DNA of 32,000 nt from Archaeoglobus fulgidus DSM 4304 (GCF_000008665.1 NC_000917.1:900001-932000); one strand, 5' to 3'; positions 9,067 through 18,072 are shown, counted from the stretch's first letter. The notes: generated from the sequence alone by a model not told the origin. A program made the numbers and translations.

Positions 9067-9189
9067 ATGAAACCCAGATTTATAAAATTTCATTTTAACA
9101 CAAACTCGGGAGATTATGTGGATAAAAATTTTGGGAAATACACGTTAAGTGAAATGCCTGCTATCGCCTCGAGAAGGGATGAAACATGA
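9067..9189 (+). CDS. Small ORF (40 aa) translationally coupled to the OLD-family gene
   Basis: My translation: MKPRFIKFHFNTNSGDYVDKNFGKYTLSEMPAIASRRDET*. The TGA stop (9187-9189) overlaps the ATG (9186-9188) of the downstream gene as ATGA. Below the size cut-off of the supplied track. Confidence 0.45.
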   Translation: MKPRFIKFHFNTNSGDYVDKNFGKYTLSEMPAIASRRDET

Positions 9190-10708
9190 TAAAAAAACTT
9201 ATTATAAAAAACTATAGATCCATCGAAAGATTGGATGTTGAACTTTCTATGTTAAATGCTTTGATAGGTCCTAACAGTTCTGGGAAAACAAATATTTTAA
9301 GGGCATTAGATCTTATAGTGGGGACAACCTATCCGTCCGTTCGTTCTTTTGATGAATCTGATTTTTACTTACACGATACATCACGAACAATTCTTATTGA
9401 AGTTAGATTTAGAGATCCCATACAGTATACGCGGTACCAAACTTATCATATCTATGGCTTTAGACTCACCTTTGACGGAAAGGACATGAATTATGTGGCA
9501 ATCGATGACAATGGAAACTCATTGGAGTATAGGCAAGGGAGGGAAATTAAAGTAAATAGCGACATGAGAGAAGTAGTAAGCATGATGTATTTGCCCTTAG
9601 ATAGACAAGCATATCAGCAAATCACACCTTCTCAGTGGAAAATTTATGGAAAACTTTTAAGGCATATCGCATCCCAGATACCAGATCCAGATAAACAAAA
9701 TTTTAAAACTGGAGTTGAAAATACCTTTACACAGCATATTTTTACTCATGTCCAACAGGCGGAGGATTTGCTAAAAAAATATGTCAAAGAGCAAACCGGA
9801 TTAGAACTTAGCTTAAGACTTTCTATTATCGACCCAACATCGGTGCTTAAGAATGTCAGGCCTCGGATAATATTACCTACAGGTTTTGAAGCAGATGTAG
9901 AAAACGAAGGTGCAGGTGTTCAAAGCGCTGTGGGCAATAGCCATAGCAAGAACTTATGCTCAAATTGTACAACAACCGTTAATATTAGCAATAGAAGAAC
10001 CAGAACTTTACTTACACCCCCATGGCAGACACTTCTATAAAATTTTAAAAGAATTATCTCAAAAGGATGTCCAAGTAATTTACACTAATTTACACTACAC
10101 ACGAAAGGAGTTTCGTAAATGTTGCTGATCTGGATTCTATATTGCTCGTAAAAAAAGAGAATGGTGGAACAAAAGTTTATACTTGTAGAAATTCCATAAC
10201 GGATATCGACGCTATAAAGACAGCGTCAAAATTTGACGAGGAAATAAATGAAGTATTTTTTGCTAATAAAGTTATTCTCGTAGAAGGTCCTGAAGACAAA
10301 ATAGCTTGTAAGCTAGCGCTGGAAAAACTTGGACTAGAACTGGACAAACATAACATCTCTATAATAGATTGTGGAGGGAATACGGGAATAAAACCTATGG
10401 TAGAAATTCTACTAGCGTTTAATATTGATGTTTATGTTCTGATGGATGAAGATCCTGGCAATCAGTCAACGCAACAACTGATAAGTCGTATTAGAAATTT
10501 AATTGGAGATAAACTGTTTTTACAAAGTCCAAATTTAGAAGGAATTTTTAATTTTGACCAAATAAGACGAGATCATGGAATACAGAGAAATAAGTTTTCC
10601 AAGGAAATAGCTCTTAAAGTTCTTCCAACTTGGTTTGAATCAAACTCTGTTCCCCCAGTTTATGAGAGTTTGAAAAATATAATAGGTGTAACTAATGAAA
10701 ATGGATGA
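9186..10708 (+). pseudogene. OLD-family endonuclease (ABC-like ATPase plus TOPRIM), interrupted by two frame disruptions
   Basis: Frame 3: MIKKLIIKNYRSIERLDVELSMLNALIGPNSSGKTNILRAL (Walker A). Frame 1 from about 9928: ALWAIAIARTYAQIVQQPLILAIEEPELYLHPHGRHFYKILKEL (Walker B). Frame 2 from about 10115: VNVADLDSILLVKKENGG...VILVEGPEDKIACKLALEKL...DVYVLMDEDPGN (TOPRIM E and DxD). All three frames carry consecutive parts of one OLD protein. Confidence 0.85.
10076..10095 (+). repeat. Exact 10-bp tandem duplication (TAATTTACAC x2) inside the OLD-family gene
   Basis: TAATTTACAC 10076-10085 and TAATTTACAC 10086-10095. Confidence 0.9.
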
Positions 10709-10950
10709 GACGTTCAGCGACGGTGGGCACTCTGCGGTGCTTCGAACCTTGCCCTATCGGGGTCAACAAACAAGCGAGTATCTGGTTCGTGCCTTACAGA
10801 CCTTAACCAAAATTGCCTTTGTCAAAAACCTCTTTTATGTATGCTGGGAAAGTTATAACCACAATAAGCTAACAAAATTATCTAAGTTTCTTAAGCACGC
10901 CAAGAATCTTTCGCCAAGTAAAGGCTGACCCTCTAAAAAATTTTATAACC

Positions 10951-10961
10951 TGTTGTCACTG
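10951..10961 (+). repeat. Right copy of 11-bp direct repeat TGTTGTCACTG
   Basis: Exact match to 8866-8876; lies just upstream of the TrmB-family gene start at 10972. Confidence 0.55.
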
Positions 10962-10971
10962 AAAGTAGTTA

Positions 10972-11715
10972 ATGAACCAACTTTTAAAAACGCTGAGGGA
11001 TTTCGGCCTCTCAAGCTACGAAGCCTCCGCCTACGTAGCCCTCGTTTCCTCTGGAGAAACCACGGCAAGAGAGGTTAGCAGGAAAGCGGGGATTCCAAGG
11101 ACTAAGGTTTACGAGGTGCTGAACAGGCTTGTAGAGAAGGGATTTGCCGAAGTCCAGCCGGGCAGTCCAGCAATTTTCAGGGCCATTGAGCCTGCCAAGA
11201 TAGCTGCGAGGATGCAAAGGGACTTCAACGAAAGGCTCGGCAAAATGCTGAAGGCCTTCGAGGAGCTGAAAATGGATGAAAAAAGCGAATCAAAGCTCGT
11301 CTGGATATCGAGGGGCAGGTGGGCGGTGGAGAATAGGCTGAGGGAGTTTCTTAGGGAGAATGACAAAGTGATGGTGTTCTGCATCACCGAGAACTTTGCG
11401 AGCGTTCTTAGTGAGGTTAGGGGAGAGCACAGAGTTCTTCTCTACCAGAAGTTCAGGGTGCCGGAAAACATCAGGGAGTTCAGGGTTCTGGATTTGGGCA
11501 GGATAAAGAAAGCTAAGGACGGCTTTGTTGCCAGATTCGCCGAAATCATCGAGGGGACAGAAGCCGGGAAGCCTGAGATTCTGATAATCTCGGAAGGGAG
11601 CTCAATACTTGCACTTTCCCATGGAGAGGAGTATCTGGCTCTCTCAATACACCTCCCGCTCATCGTAGCTTTGCAGAAAAGAATGTTCGATACGCTCTAC
11701 GAGAGCTACTGCTGA
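10972..11715 (+). CDS. TrmB-family transcriptional regulator
   Basis: 247 aa; LLKTLRDFGLSSYEASAYVALVSSGETTAREVSRKAGIPRTKVYEVLNRLVEKGFAEVQPGSPAIFRAIEP is the typical TrmB N-terminal domain. Confidence 0.9.
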   Translation: MNQLLKTLRDFGLSSYEASAYVALVSSGETTAREVSRKAGIPRTKVYEVLNRLVEKGFAEVQPGSPAIFRAIEPAKIAARMQRDFNERLGKMLKAFEELKMDEKSESKLVWISRGRWAVENRLREFLRENDKVMVFCITENFASVLSEVRGEHRVLLYQKFRVPENIREFRVLDLGRIKKAKDGFVARFAEIIEGTEAGKPEILIISEGSSILALSHGEEYLALSIHLPLIVALQKRMFDTLYESYC

Positions 11716-11746
11716 AAAATTATTAAACGAATGCAAGATTTGCGGC

Positions 11747-11929
11747 ATGGCAATAATCGTGCTGGAAACATGCAATGGATGCAAGGTATGCGAGGAAGTC
11801 TGCCCCTTCCACGTTTTTGAAGTTATTGACGGCTTTGCGGTTGCTGTTAACAGCGATGAGTGCATTGAGTGCTGCGCATGCGTTGAGGCGTGTCCTGAGA
11901 GTGCAATTATCGTAAGCGGTTGTGGGTAG
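11747..11929 (+). CDS. 2x[4Fe-4S] ferredoxin-like protein
   Basis: 60 aa; CNGCKVCEEVCPFHVFEV and CIECCACVEACPESAI. Confidence 0.88.
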   Translation: MAIIVLETCNGCKVCEEVCPFHVFEVIDGFAVAVNSDECIECCACVEACPESAIIVSGCG

Positions 11930-12120
11930 TTGGCATTTATAGCGTGCTCCTACACTCTTTCTCTCGATTTAAGCTTTTGCGGGGATTTTTATCTCTCGCC
12001 GCTGCGAATTATGCGATGAAACATCTACCGCTGTTTTCTACGGCAGTGGAAAACTTCGCACTATTCCCAAGGCTCCCCAACTCAACCCAAGCCGAAGCCT
12101 TTTTAACTTCCCGCTCCTTA

Positions 12121-12936
12121 ATGCTGAGAGTGGCAAGATGTGATGTTTGCGGTGAGGAGGTTACAATCCCCTTCAAATGTAAGTACTGCGGCGGAACCTT
12201 CTGCGCAGAGCACAGGCTGCCCGAGAACCACGATTGCGACGGGCTGGATGAATACTGGAATGTTCCCGTTAATGTTAAGCGGAGGTTGAGCCCCCAGCCT
12301 GCAAGAAGGAGCAGGAACATTGGATTGATGAAGTATGGGGCAAACAACACCGTCCTCATAATCTGCACGATTCTCTTCTTCATCTCAATCGTTGCTCCCT
12401 ACGAGATGGTTGAGATTTTCGCCCTCCATCCCCGACTTGATGTTCTGCTAGCTATGCCCTGGCAGCTTATCACCAGCATGTTCCTCCACGTGGAGTTCTG
12501 GCACTTCTTCGTCAACATGTTCGTCCTGCTTTTCTTCGGAACTGAGCTTGAGAGGAGGCTTGGTGACAGAAAGTACCTCGAAATTTTCTTTGTCTCAGGC
12601 CTTGCGGGGAATGTAGGATACATAGCCTACTCCTACGCTGTTGGAAGCTTTGCCCCAGCTCTCGGAGCATCTGCAGCGATTTTCGGTGTAATGGGCTGCC
12701 TTGCCATAATTGCCCCCGAAATCAGGATAATAATCTTCCCGATTCCGATTCCCATCAACATAAGAACCGCCCTCCTGCTTTTCGCCGCCTACGACTTCTG
12801 GATGATGGTTGCCAGCTATATGGGGCTTTTCTACACCAATGTCGCCAACATAGCCCACCTTGCGGGGCTGGCTGTGGGCCTCTACTACGGGAAAAGGCTC
12901 GGAAGGAGAAAGGTGAGGTATGACTTCTACTTCTAA
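12121..12936 (+). CDS. AN1-type zinc finger fused to rhomboid-family intramembrane serine protease
   Basis: ATG 12121 (MLRVARCDVCGEEVTIPFKCKYCGGTFCAEHRLPENHDC) is preferred over the GTG-type start at 11920. Rhomboid serine motif GASAAIFGVMG, TM6 histidine NVANIAHLAGLAVGLYYG, and L1-loop WHFFVNMFVLLFFGTELE. Confidence 0.88.
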   Translation: MLRVARCDVCGEEVTIPFKCKYCGGTFCAEHRLPENHDCDGLDEYWNVPVNVKRRLSPQPARRSRNIGLMKYGANNTVLIICTILFFISIVAPYEMVEIFALHPRLDVLLAMPWQLITSMFLHVEFWHFFVNMFVLLFFGTELERRLGDRKYLEIFFVSGLAGNVGYIAYSYAVGSFAPALGASAAIFGVMGCLAIIAPEIRIIIFPIPIPINIRTALLLFAAYDFWMMVASYMGLFYTNVANIAHLAGLAVGLYYGKRLGRRKVRYDFYF

Positions 12937-13858
12937 GCCCATTGTCTGGAAGGAAAAGGAGAGGCTGGATGGAGAAATTGTTGGCTGCCTTACGGCCATT
13001 TTAAGGACGAGAGGATGCAGGTGGGATCGCTGTTATATGTGCGGCTACACCAGCGACGCTTATCCGGCAAGCGAGGAAGAGCTTATACAGCAGGTTGATT
13101 ACGTTTTTGAGCAGCTTGAGGATGAGAGTGTGCTGAAAATCTTCACCTCTGGCAGCTTTTTCGATGATGCTGAAGTCCCGCCCAAGGTTAGGGGCTATCT
13201 CCTTGAGAAATTCCAGCAGCGTGGCCTCAAAAAGCTGATTGTTGAGAGCAGGCCCGAATACATCACTGATGAGCGGATTGAGCCCTTTAAAGGCGTAAAT
13301 CTGGAGGTTGGCATTGGACTTGAGACTGCAAGCGACAGAGTAAGGGAGCTTTGCATAAACAAGGGATTCAGCTTTGAGGATTTCAAGGATGCTGCCACCA
13401 AGCTTAGAAATTACGGTTTCAGAGTCAAGTGCTACCTCCTTCTCAAGCCACCATTTCTCTCGGAGAGCGAGGCGATTGATGACGCAATCAAATCCATCGT
13501 TGCAGCCAAACCCTACGCCGACGTTTTCTCCCTCAACCTAACCAACGTTCAGAAGGGCACTCTGGTGGAGAGGTTCTGGAGGGCGAAGCTCTACCGCCCG
13601 CCATGGCTTTGGAGTGCGGTGGAGGTGCTGAGGGAGGCAACGGCGATTGGCGTTGAGATTTTGAGCGATCCTGTAGCTGCGGGAAAGCAGCGAGGCCCGC
13701 ACAACTGCGGGAAGTGTGACGCTGAAGTTGCTGCAGCCATCAGGGAGTTTTCGCTCACTCAGGATACGTCTAAGCTTGAAGGTCTTCACTGCGAATGCAT
13801 TGAAAAATGGAAGAAGGCCGTGGAGCTTGAAAAATACTCCAGAGCTCCCCTTTTTTAG
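12920..13858 (+). CDS. Archaeosine biosynthesis radical SAM protein (RaSEA-like)
   Basis: 312 aa; TRGCRWDRCYMCGYTSD cluster motif near N-terminus, VNLEVGIGLETASDRVRELCINKGFS, GPHNCGKCDAEVA near C-terminus. Confidence 0.82.
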   Translation: MTSTSKPIVWKEKERLDGEIVGCLTAILRTRGCRWDRCYMCGYTSDAYPASEEELIQQVDYVFEQLEDESVLKIFTSGSFFDDAEVPPKVRGYLLEKFQQRGLKKLIVESRPEYITDERIEPFKGVNLEVGIGLETASDRVRELCINKGFSFEDFKDAATKLRNYGFRVKCYLLLKPPFLSESEAIDDAIKSIVAAKPYADVFSLNLTNVQKGTLVERFWRAKLYRPPWLWSAVEVLREATAIGVEILSDPVAAGKQRGPHNCGKCDAEVAAAIREFSLTQDTSKLEGLHCECIEKWKKAVELEKYSRAPLF

Positions 13859-14265
13859 AACTTTACGTGCATCATCTGCGCTGGTGGGGGAGTGAAAAGC
13901 AGCCAGACTCCGAAGATGAGTAGCAGAATGACCGCAAGCAGGAAAATCACGACTCCAGCTATTATCGTTGCGGCGAAAGCTTCAATAAAGCCCACATCGA
14001 GCAGAGTTTTTAGGACGTAGAGGTAAATCAGGAAGGCGAGTAAGGGAAGCAGCAACACGAGGGGAGTGAAGTGCAGGATGAAGGCAACCACTGCTGTTAT
14101 AACCACAGCTGCAAAGTTGGCCATTCCACACCTCAGCACGTCCCTTTCCTTCCCCACAACCTTCAGCCCAATCCAGATGAAGAAGCCCGGCAGTATTATT
14201 GCCGAAATGATAAAAACAAAGAAGGCGATGCCTGCTGACATTAAAAAATCAAAGAAGGGCGGCAC
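13855..14265 (-). CDS. Small membrane protein of unknown function
   Basis: 136 aa; four predicted hydrophobic segments by eye. Confidence 0.6.
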   Translation of the reverse strand: MPPFFDFLMSAGIAFFVFIISAIILPGFFIWIGLKVVGKERDVLRCGMANFAAVVITAVVAFILHFTPLVLLLPLLAFLIYLYVLKTLLDVGFIEAFAATIIAGVVIFLLAVILLLIFGVWLLFTPPPAQMMHVKF

Positions 14266-15892
14266 CTTCCTCAGCCCCCCTCACGAGCTTTGCATACTTT
14301 GCCAAGTAGCCCTTCAGCTCCTTCTCCTTAGGCTTCCACTTGGCCCTCCTCTCTGCCAGCTCCTCATCGCTGAGCTTCACTTCCAGCTTTCTTGCGGGGA
14401 TGTCTATGGAAATTTTATCTCCATCCTCAACCAGAGCTATGTTTCCACCGACAGCAGCCTCAGGCGACACGTGGCCGATGCACGGCCCCCTCGTCGCTCC
14501 ACTAAACCTTCCGTCTGTGATCAAAGCCACCTTCTGCAATCCCAGCCCTGAGATTGCTGCTGTTGGCAAGAGCATCTCAGGCATTCCCGGAGCTCCTTTA
14601 GGCCCCATATACCTGATAACCACCACATCCCCTTCCTCAACCTTTCCATCAAGTATGGCGTTCAGAGCCTCCTTCTCGCTGTCGTAAACCTTTGCAGTTC
14701 CCTCAAACCTCATCATGTCCTCGCTCACTGCAGCAGCCTTGATTACGGCACCATTTTCGGCCAGATTGCCTTTCAGAATGGCTATTCCTCCCTCTTTGTG
14801 CAGCGGGTTGTCGGGTGAGGCGATAATGTCCCTCCCTCTCAGCACGGCCATCTCCGCAATCTCGTAGAGCGTTTTTCCGCTCACTGTCATTTCATCGTGG
14901 AAGTACTTCCTTGCCTTCTTTATCAGCATCGGCACCCCACCGCTCTCATCTAAATCAACAACCATCTCCTTGCTCGCAGGGTCGATGGAGACTATGTGGG
15001 GAGTTCTCCTGCTTATCTCGTCGAAGAGGTCGAGGCTCAGCCTTATTCCCGCCTCTTTGGCTATTGCGGGCAAATGGAGAACTGTGTTGGTTGAACCCCC
15101 AACCAGCATGTCCATGGTGATGGCGTTCTCAAAGGAGCGCTCGTTAACGAAGTCGAGGGGTTTGATGTTCTGCATAACAAGCTCAACTACCCTCTTCCCG
15201 CTCTGCTTCGCTATTCTGAGCTTTCTCGACGATGGGCAGGGAGAGGTGGAGCAGTAGGGCAGGCTTAGGCCAAGAGTTTCGGTGAGAATCTGCATACTGT
15301 TGGCCGTGTAAAGCCCCTGACAGCTTCCGCAGTAGGGGGCGCAGTAGTCCTCGTAGAGCTTTAAGCCAGCGTCATCGAGCTTTCCCGCCTTGTACATCCC
15401 CGCTGCCTCAAAGGCATCTTTTATGGAGACTTTCTCTCCCCCTACTCTCTCGTAGGGCATTGGGCCACCTGTGACGGCAATTGCGGGGATGTTGAGGCGG
15501 AGCATCGCCATGAGCATTCCCGGAATGATTTTGTCGCAGCTCGCAACCACAACTAACCCATCAAAGCGGTGAGCCTCAACCATCGCCTCAATTGTGTCCG
15601 CAACAAGCTCTCTCGATGGTAGGGAGAAGCACATCCCCTCATGCCCCATGGCAATGCCGTCACAGATGCCTATTATGCCGAACTCGAAGGGCACACCTCC
15701 CGCAGCATAAACCCCCTCCTTAACAGCCTGAGTGAGCTTGTCGAGAGTCATGTGCCCGGGAACGATGGTGTTGTAGGCGTTGGCAACTCCAATGAAGGGC
15801 TTATCCATCTCATCGTCAGTAACGCCGAGGGCCTTCAGAAGAGCCCTGTGAGCGACTCTGTCGATGCCTTTCTTAACCTCATCACTTCTCAT
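14249..15892 (-). CDS. ilvD: Dihydroxy-acid dehydratase
   Basis: 547 aa; [84 protein letters not shown]. Confidence 0.95.
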   Translation of the reverse strand: MRSDEVKKGIDRVAHRALLKALGVTDDEMDKPFIGVANAYNTIVPGHMTLDKLTQAVKEGVYAAGGVPFEFGIIGICDGIAMGHEGMCFSLPSRELVADTIEAMVEAHRFDGLVVVASCDKIIPGMLMAMLRLNIPAIAVTGGPMPYERVGGEKVSIKDAFEAAGMYKAGKLDDAGLKLYEDYCAPYCGSCQGLYTANSMQILTETLGLSLPYCSTSPCPSSRKLRIAKQSGKRVVELVMQNIKPLDFVNERSFENAITMDMLVGGSTNTVLHLPAIAKEAGIRLSLDLFDEISRRTPHIVSIDPASKEMVVDLDESGGVPMLIKKARKYFHDEMTVSGKTLYEIAEMAVLRGRDIIASPDNPLHKEGGIAILKGNLAENGAVIKAAAVSEDMMRFEGTAKVYDSEKEALNAILDGKVEEGDVVVIRYMGPKGAPGMPEMLLPTAAISGLGLQKVALITDGRFSGATRGPCIGHVSPEAAVGGNIALVEDGDKISIDIPARKLEVKLSDEELAERRAKWKPKEKELKGYLAKYAKLVRGAEEGAALL

Positions 15893-16018
15893 GGTTTTAG
15901 AAGTGCTTCATTATTTTTTAAGTTTTGGTTGGATGGTGTGAAGAACAATAAGAAAGCATCGGGAAGATTTTGACAAAAAACAAAACATTTATTTGTTTTA
16001 ATCACAAAAATCGTAAAC

Positions 16019-16501
16019 GTGACGGGATTTGCATCATTACCAGTTGAGTTCCTTATAACTGTTTTTGCAATGTCCTTCAGCATAGGCTTTGTAGCTATTA
16101 TTGCCGGTACGGGTGGTGGAGTTCTTTTTACTTCCTGTTTATGGGATTTACATCAATACATCCGGACAAATAAGAGCAACCGGACTTCTTTCGGCGATTG
16201 CTGGGCCATCGGCCCCACAATCAATCTGATAATGCTCGCACCGCTGAAAATTGCAACTACCACCAGCGCGGTGGTTATAAGCATCGGGGACACGGCAGCT
16301 ATCTTCCCTTACTTCATGTCTGGCTCACTCCTTCCTATTTTTGCCGTTCCAGCAGTTGCAGGACTGATGACCGGGGCAAGATTTGGTTCGGCGGTGGCGG
16401 TTAGGGTGAAGGCCAAGTACATCAGATACACGCTGACCACAATTCTGCTGTTTGCGGGAATAAAGCTCATATGGGTGGGATTATGGATGCTCGAAGGTTA
16501 G
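16019..16501 (+). pseudogene. TauE/SafE-family permease, frameshifted and apparently internally deleted
   Basis: Frame 2 AIIAGTGGGVLFT; frame 1 MGFTSIHPDK*; frame 3 IRATGLLSAIAGPSAPQSI*; back in frame 2 LKIATTTSAVVISIGDTAAIFPYFMSG...AVRVKAKYIRYTLTTILLFAGIKLIW. Only 160 aa versus roughly 250-300 for intact members. Confidence 0.6.
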
Positions 16502-16935
16502 AAGACGAAGTCGAAATGCCTCTCGAAGGTATCGTGTACGGAGAGGTCAGTGGGTGGCTCACGATAATTGGTATACTGGTAGCGATAGCTGGTATAATCA
16601 TAGGGGTGGTGACCGGAAACTCTGTTTTTGACTACCAGTCAACGATTAAGGACCTGCTGAGCGGTCATGACGAGGAGAAAATCTGGACAGACGACTCCAT
16701 TTTCCACTCGGAACCGCATGGATACTGGTTTTTAAACGTCATTCACACTGGAGATGGAATTGCAATGTTTGGAATCGCTTTGGCTGTTTACGGAGGAATT
16801 GTTGGTTTGCTGCTGCTAATCGTTTTCACTTTCAGAAGCAGAGAGGTTCTGCTTTACAAAAAAGGCCTCTACACCTTCCTCGCTATCGCCATATTCTGCC
16901 TGATGGTCTACTGCGCCTGGGAGGCAGAATTTTGA
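16483..16935 (+). CDS. DUF1634-like membrane protein, usual neighbour of TauE/SafE permeases
   Basis: Track ORF starts 16471; ATG at 16483 is another plausible start. Three hydrophobic segments: WLTIIGILVAIAGIIIGVV, MFGIALAVYGGIVGLLLLIVFTF, GLYTFLAIAIFCLMVYCAWE. Confidence 0.6.
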   Translation: MDARRLEDEVEMPLEGIVYGEVSGWLTIIGILVAIAGIIIGVVTGNSVFDYQSTIKDLLSGHDEEKIWTDDSIFHSEPHGYWFLNVIHTGDGIAMFGIALAVYGGIVGLLLLIVFTFRSREVLLYKKGLYTFLAIAIFCLMVYCAWEAEF

Positions 16936-16938
16936 CAT

Positions 16939-18072
16939 TCACTCGTACCTCAAGGCCTCGATAGGCTCTAAGCGAGATGCCTTCCACGCAGGGTAGAGGC
17001 CGCTTAGCACAGAAACCATAACTCCTATCGAAAAGCCGAGAGAGATGTAGAGTAGAGTTGAGAGCCTGAAGACGTAGCTCGCATCCTGGAGTATCATCAG
17101 GTCTATTGCATACCCTCCGGCAATGCTCAAAACGCTCCCTATTGCGCTTCCTATCAGCCCGAGAATCAGAGCCTCCATCAGGAATATTCTTAAAATCGTT
17201 GACCTGTAAGCCCCTATAGCCCTCATGATGCCAATTTCCTTTGTTCTCTCAATCGTAGACATCAGCATGATGTTCAGAATGCTGACTCCGGCAACAAGCA
17301 GGGAAACCGACGCTATTGCCATCAGAAACGTGTTTATCTGCGAGAAGGCCTCATTTATCCTCTCGAGAATTATTTTGAGGTCGAAAACAACTACTTTTTC
17401 ATCCCTGCTGTTTATCTTCTCCTCTATCTCCTTCTTTACGTCATCGACCTTCTCCAAACTCTCCGCCTTCACAATCAGCATCGTGTAGCCAACGTCACTC
17501 ACTTTCTCGAAGTCCTCAGGAGAGAGGATTATCGCTGAGTTAGGGTTTATGTCGAACCTCGCTCCGGTGTCTTCAAGTATTGCCGCTACTCTGAACTCCC
17601 TGCCCGCAATGGTTATTTTTGAGTTTACGCGAATATCAGCGAACTCCGCGAGCCTTTTGCCGACAACACAGCTACTCTTTAACCTTATTGAGCCCTTTTC
17701 CGCCTTGAACATGTCCTCTACATCCTTCTCGTCCATGGCATAAACCACAGCGTAGGATTTCTTTTTCTTTGACTCGACCAGCAGCGAGTCAGACTTAATT
17801 GGTATCGCCTCCGCAACGTTCGGGAGCTTCTTAATTCTGCTAATGTCCTTCTCGTCCAGGTACTTGTATCCCTCCTGAAAGTTAGGGCTAACTATAAGCT
17901 CATTCGCCACATCCTCAAAATTTTGCAGAACCGCTGCCTTCAGGCTCTCCCCGAAGATTCCGATGGCAGAGACTGCCATGACTCCTATCAGTATTCCGAT
18001 AACAGCAAGAAGGCTTCTCACCTTTGCTCTCTGCAGGTTTCTCTTCGCAAGCTCAAGATACATTTTCGACAC
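16939..18072 (-). CDS. MacB/FtsX-family ABC transporter permease
   Basis: 377 aa; NLQRAKVRSLLAVIGILIGVMAVSAI, SLLVAGVSILNIMLMSTIERTKEIGIMRAIGA, C-term PAWKASRLEPIEALRYE. Confidence 0.92.
   Translation of the reverse strand: MSKMYLELAKRNLQRAKVRSLLAVIGILIGVMAVSAIGIFGESLKAAVLQNFEDVANELIVSPNFQEGYKYLDEKDISRIKKLPNVAEAIPIKSDSLLVESKKKKSYAVVYAMDEKDVEDMFKAEKGSIRLKSSCVVGKRLAEFADIRVNSKITIAGREFRVAAILEDTGARFDINPNSAIILSPEDFEKVSDVGYTMLIVKAESLEKVDDVKKEIEEKINSRDEKVVVFDLKIILERINEAFSQINTFLMAIASVSLLVAGVSILNIMLMSTIERTKEIGIMRAIGAYRSTILRIFLMEALILGLIGSAIGSVLSIAGGYAIDLMILQDASYVFRLSTLLYISLGFSIGVMVSVLSGLYPAWKASRLEPIEALRYE

Noticed and set aside
9160-9185. CRISPR-repeat-like string CTATCGCCTCGAGAAGGGATGAAAC before the OLD gene
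   Set aside because: It occurs once, with no spaced copies and no cas genes. It is also coding sequence of the small ORF.
9186-10708. Gabija-type (GajA plus GajB) defence pair
   Set aside because: The ATPase-TOPRIM half resembles GajA/OLD, but no UvrD/PcrA-like helicase gene lies on either side. The next genes are an unassigned stretch and a TrmB regulator.
10695-10928. 77-aa ORF after the OLD gene as a real protein
   Set aside because: No recognisable motif, no good promoter or start context, and unusual composition. Kept only as an unassigned region.
12037-12065. GTTTTC...GAAAAC inverted repeat upstream of the rhomboid gene
   Set aside because: Only a 6-bp arm with a 10-nt loop and no other support. 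Likely chance.
11920-12120. N-terminal 67-aa extension of the rhomboid ORF
   Set aside because: It would overlap the ferredoxin gene, has atypical composition, and the AN1 domain begins right after the ATG at 12121. It is probably a 5' region and not protein.
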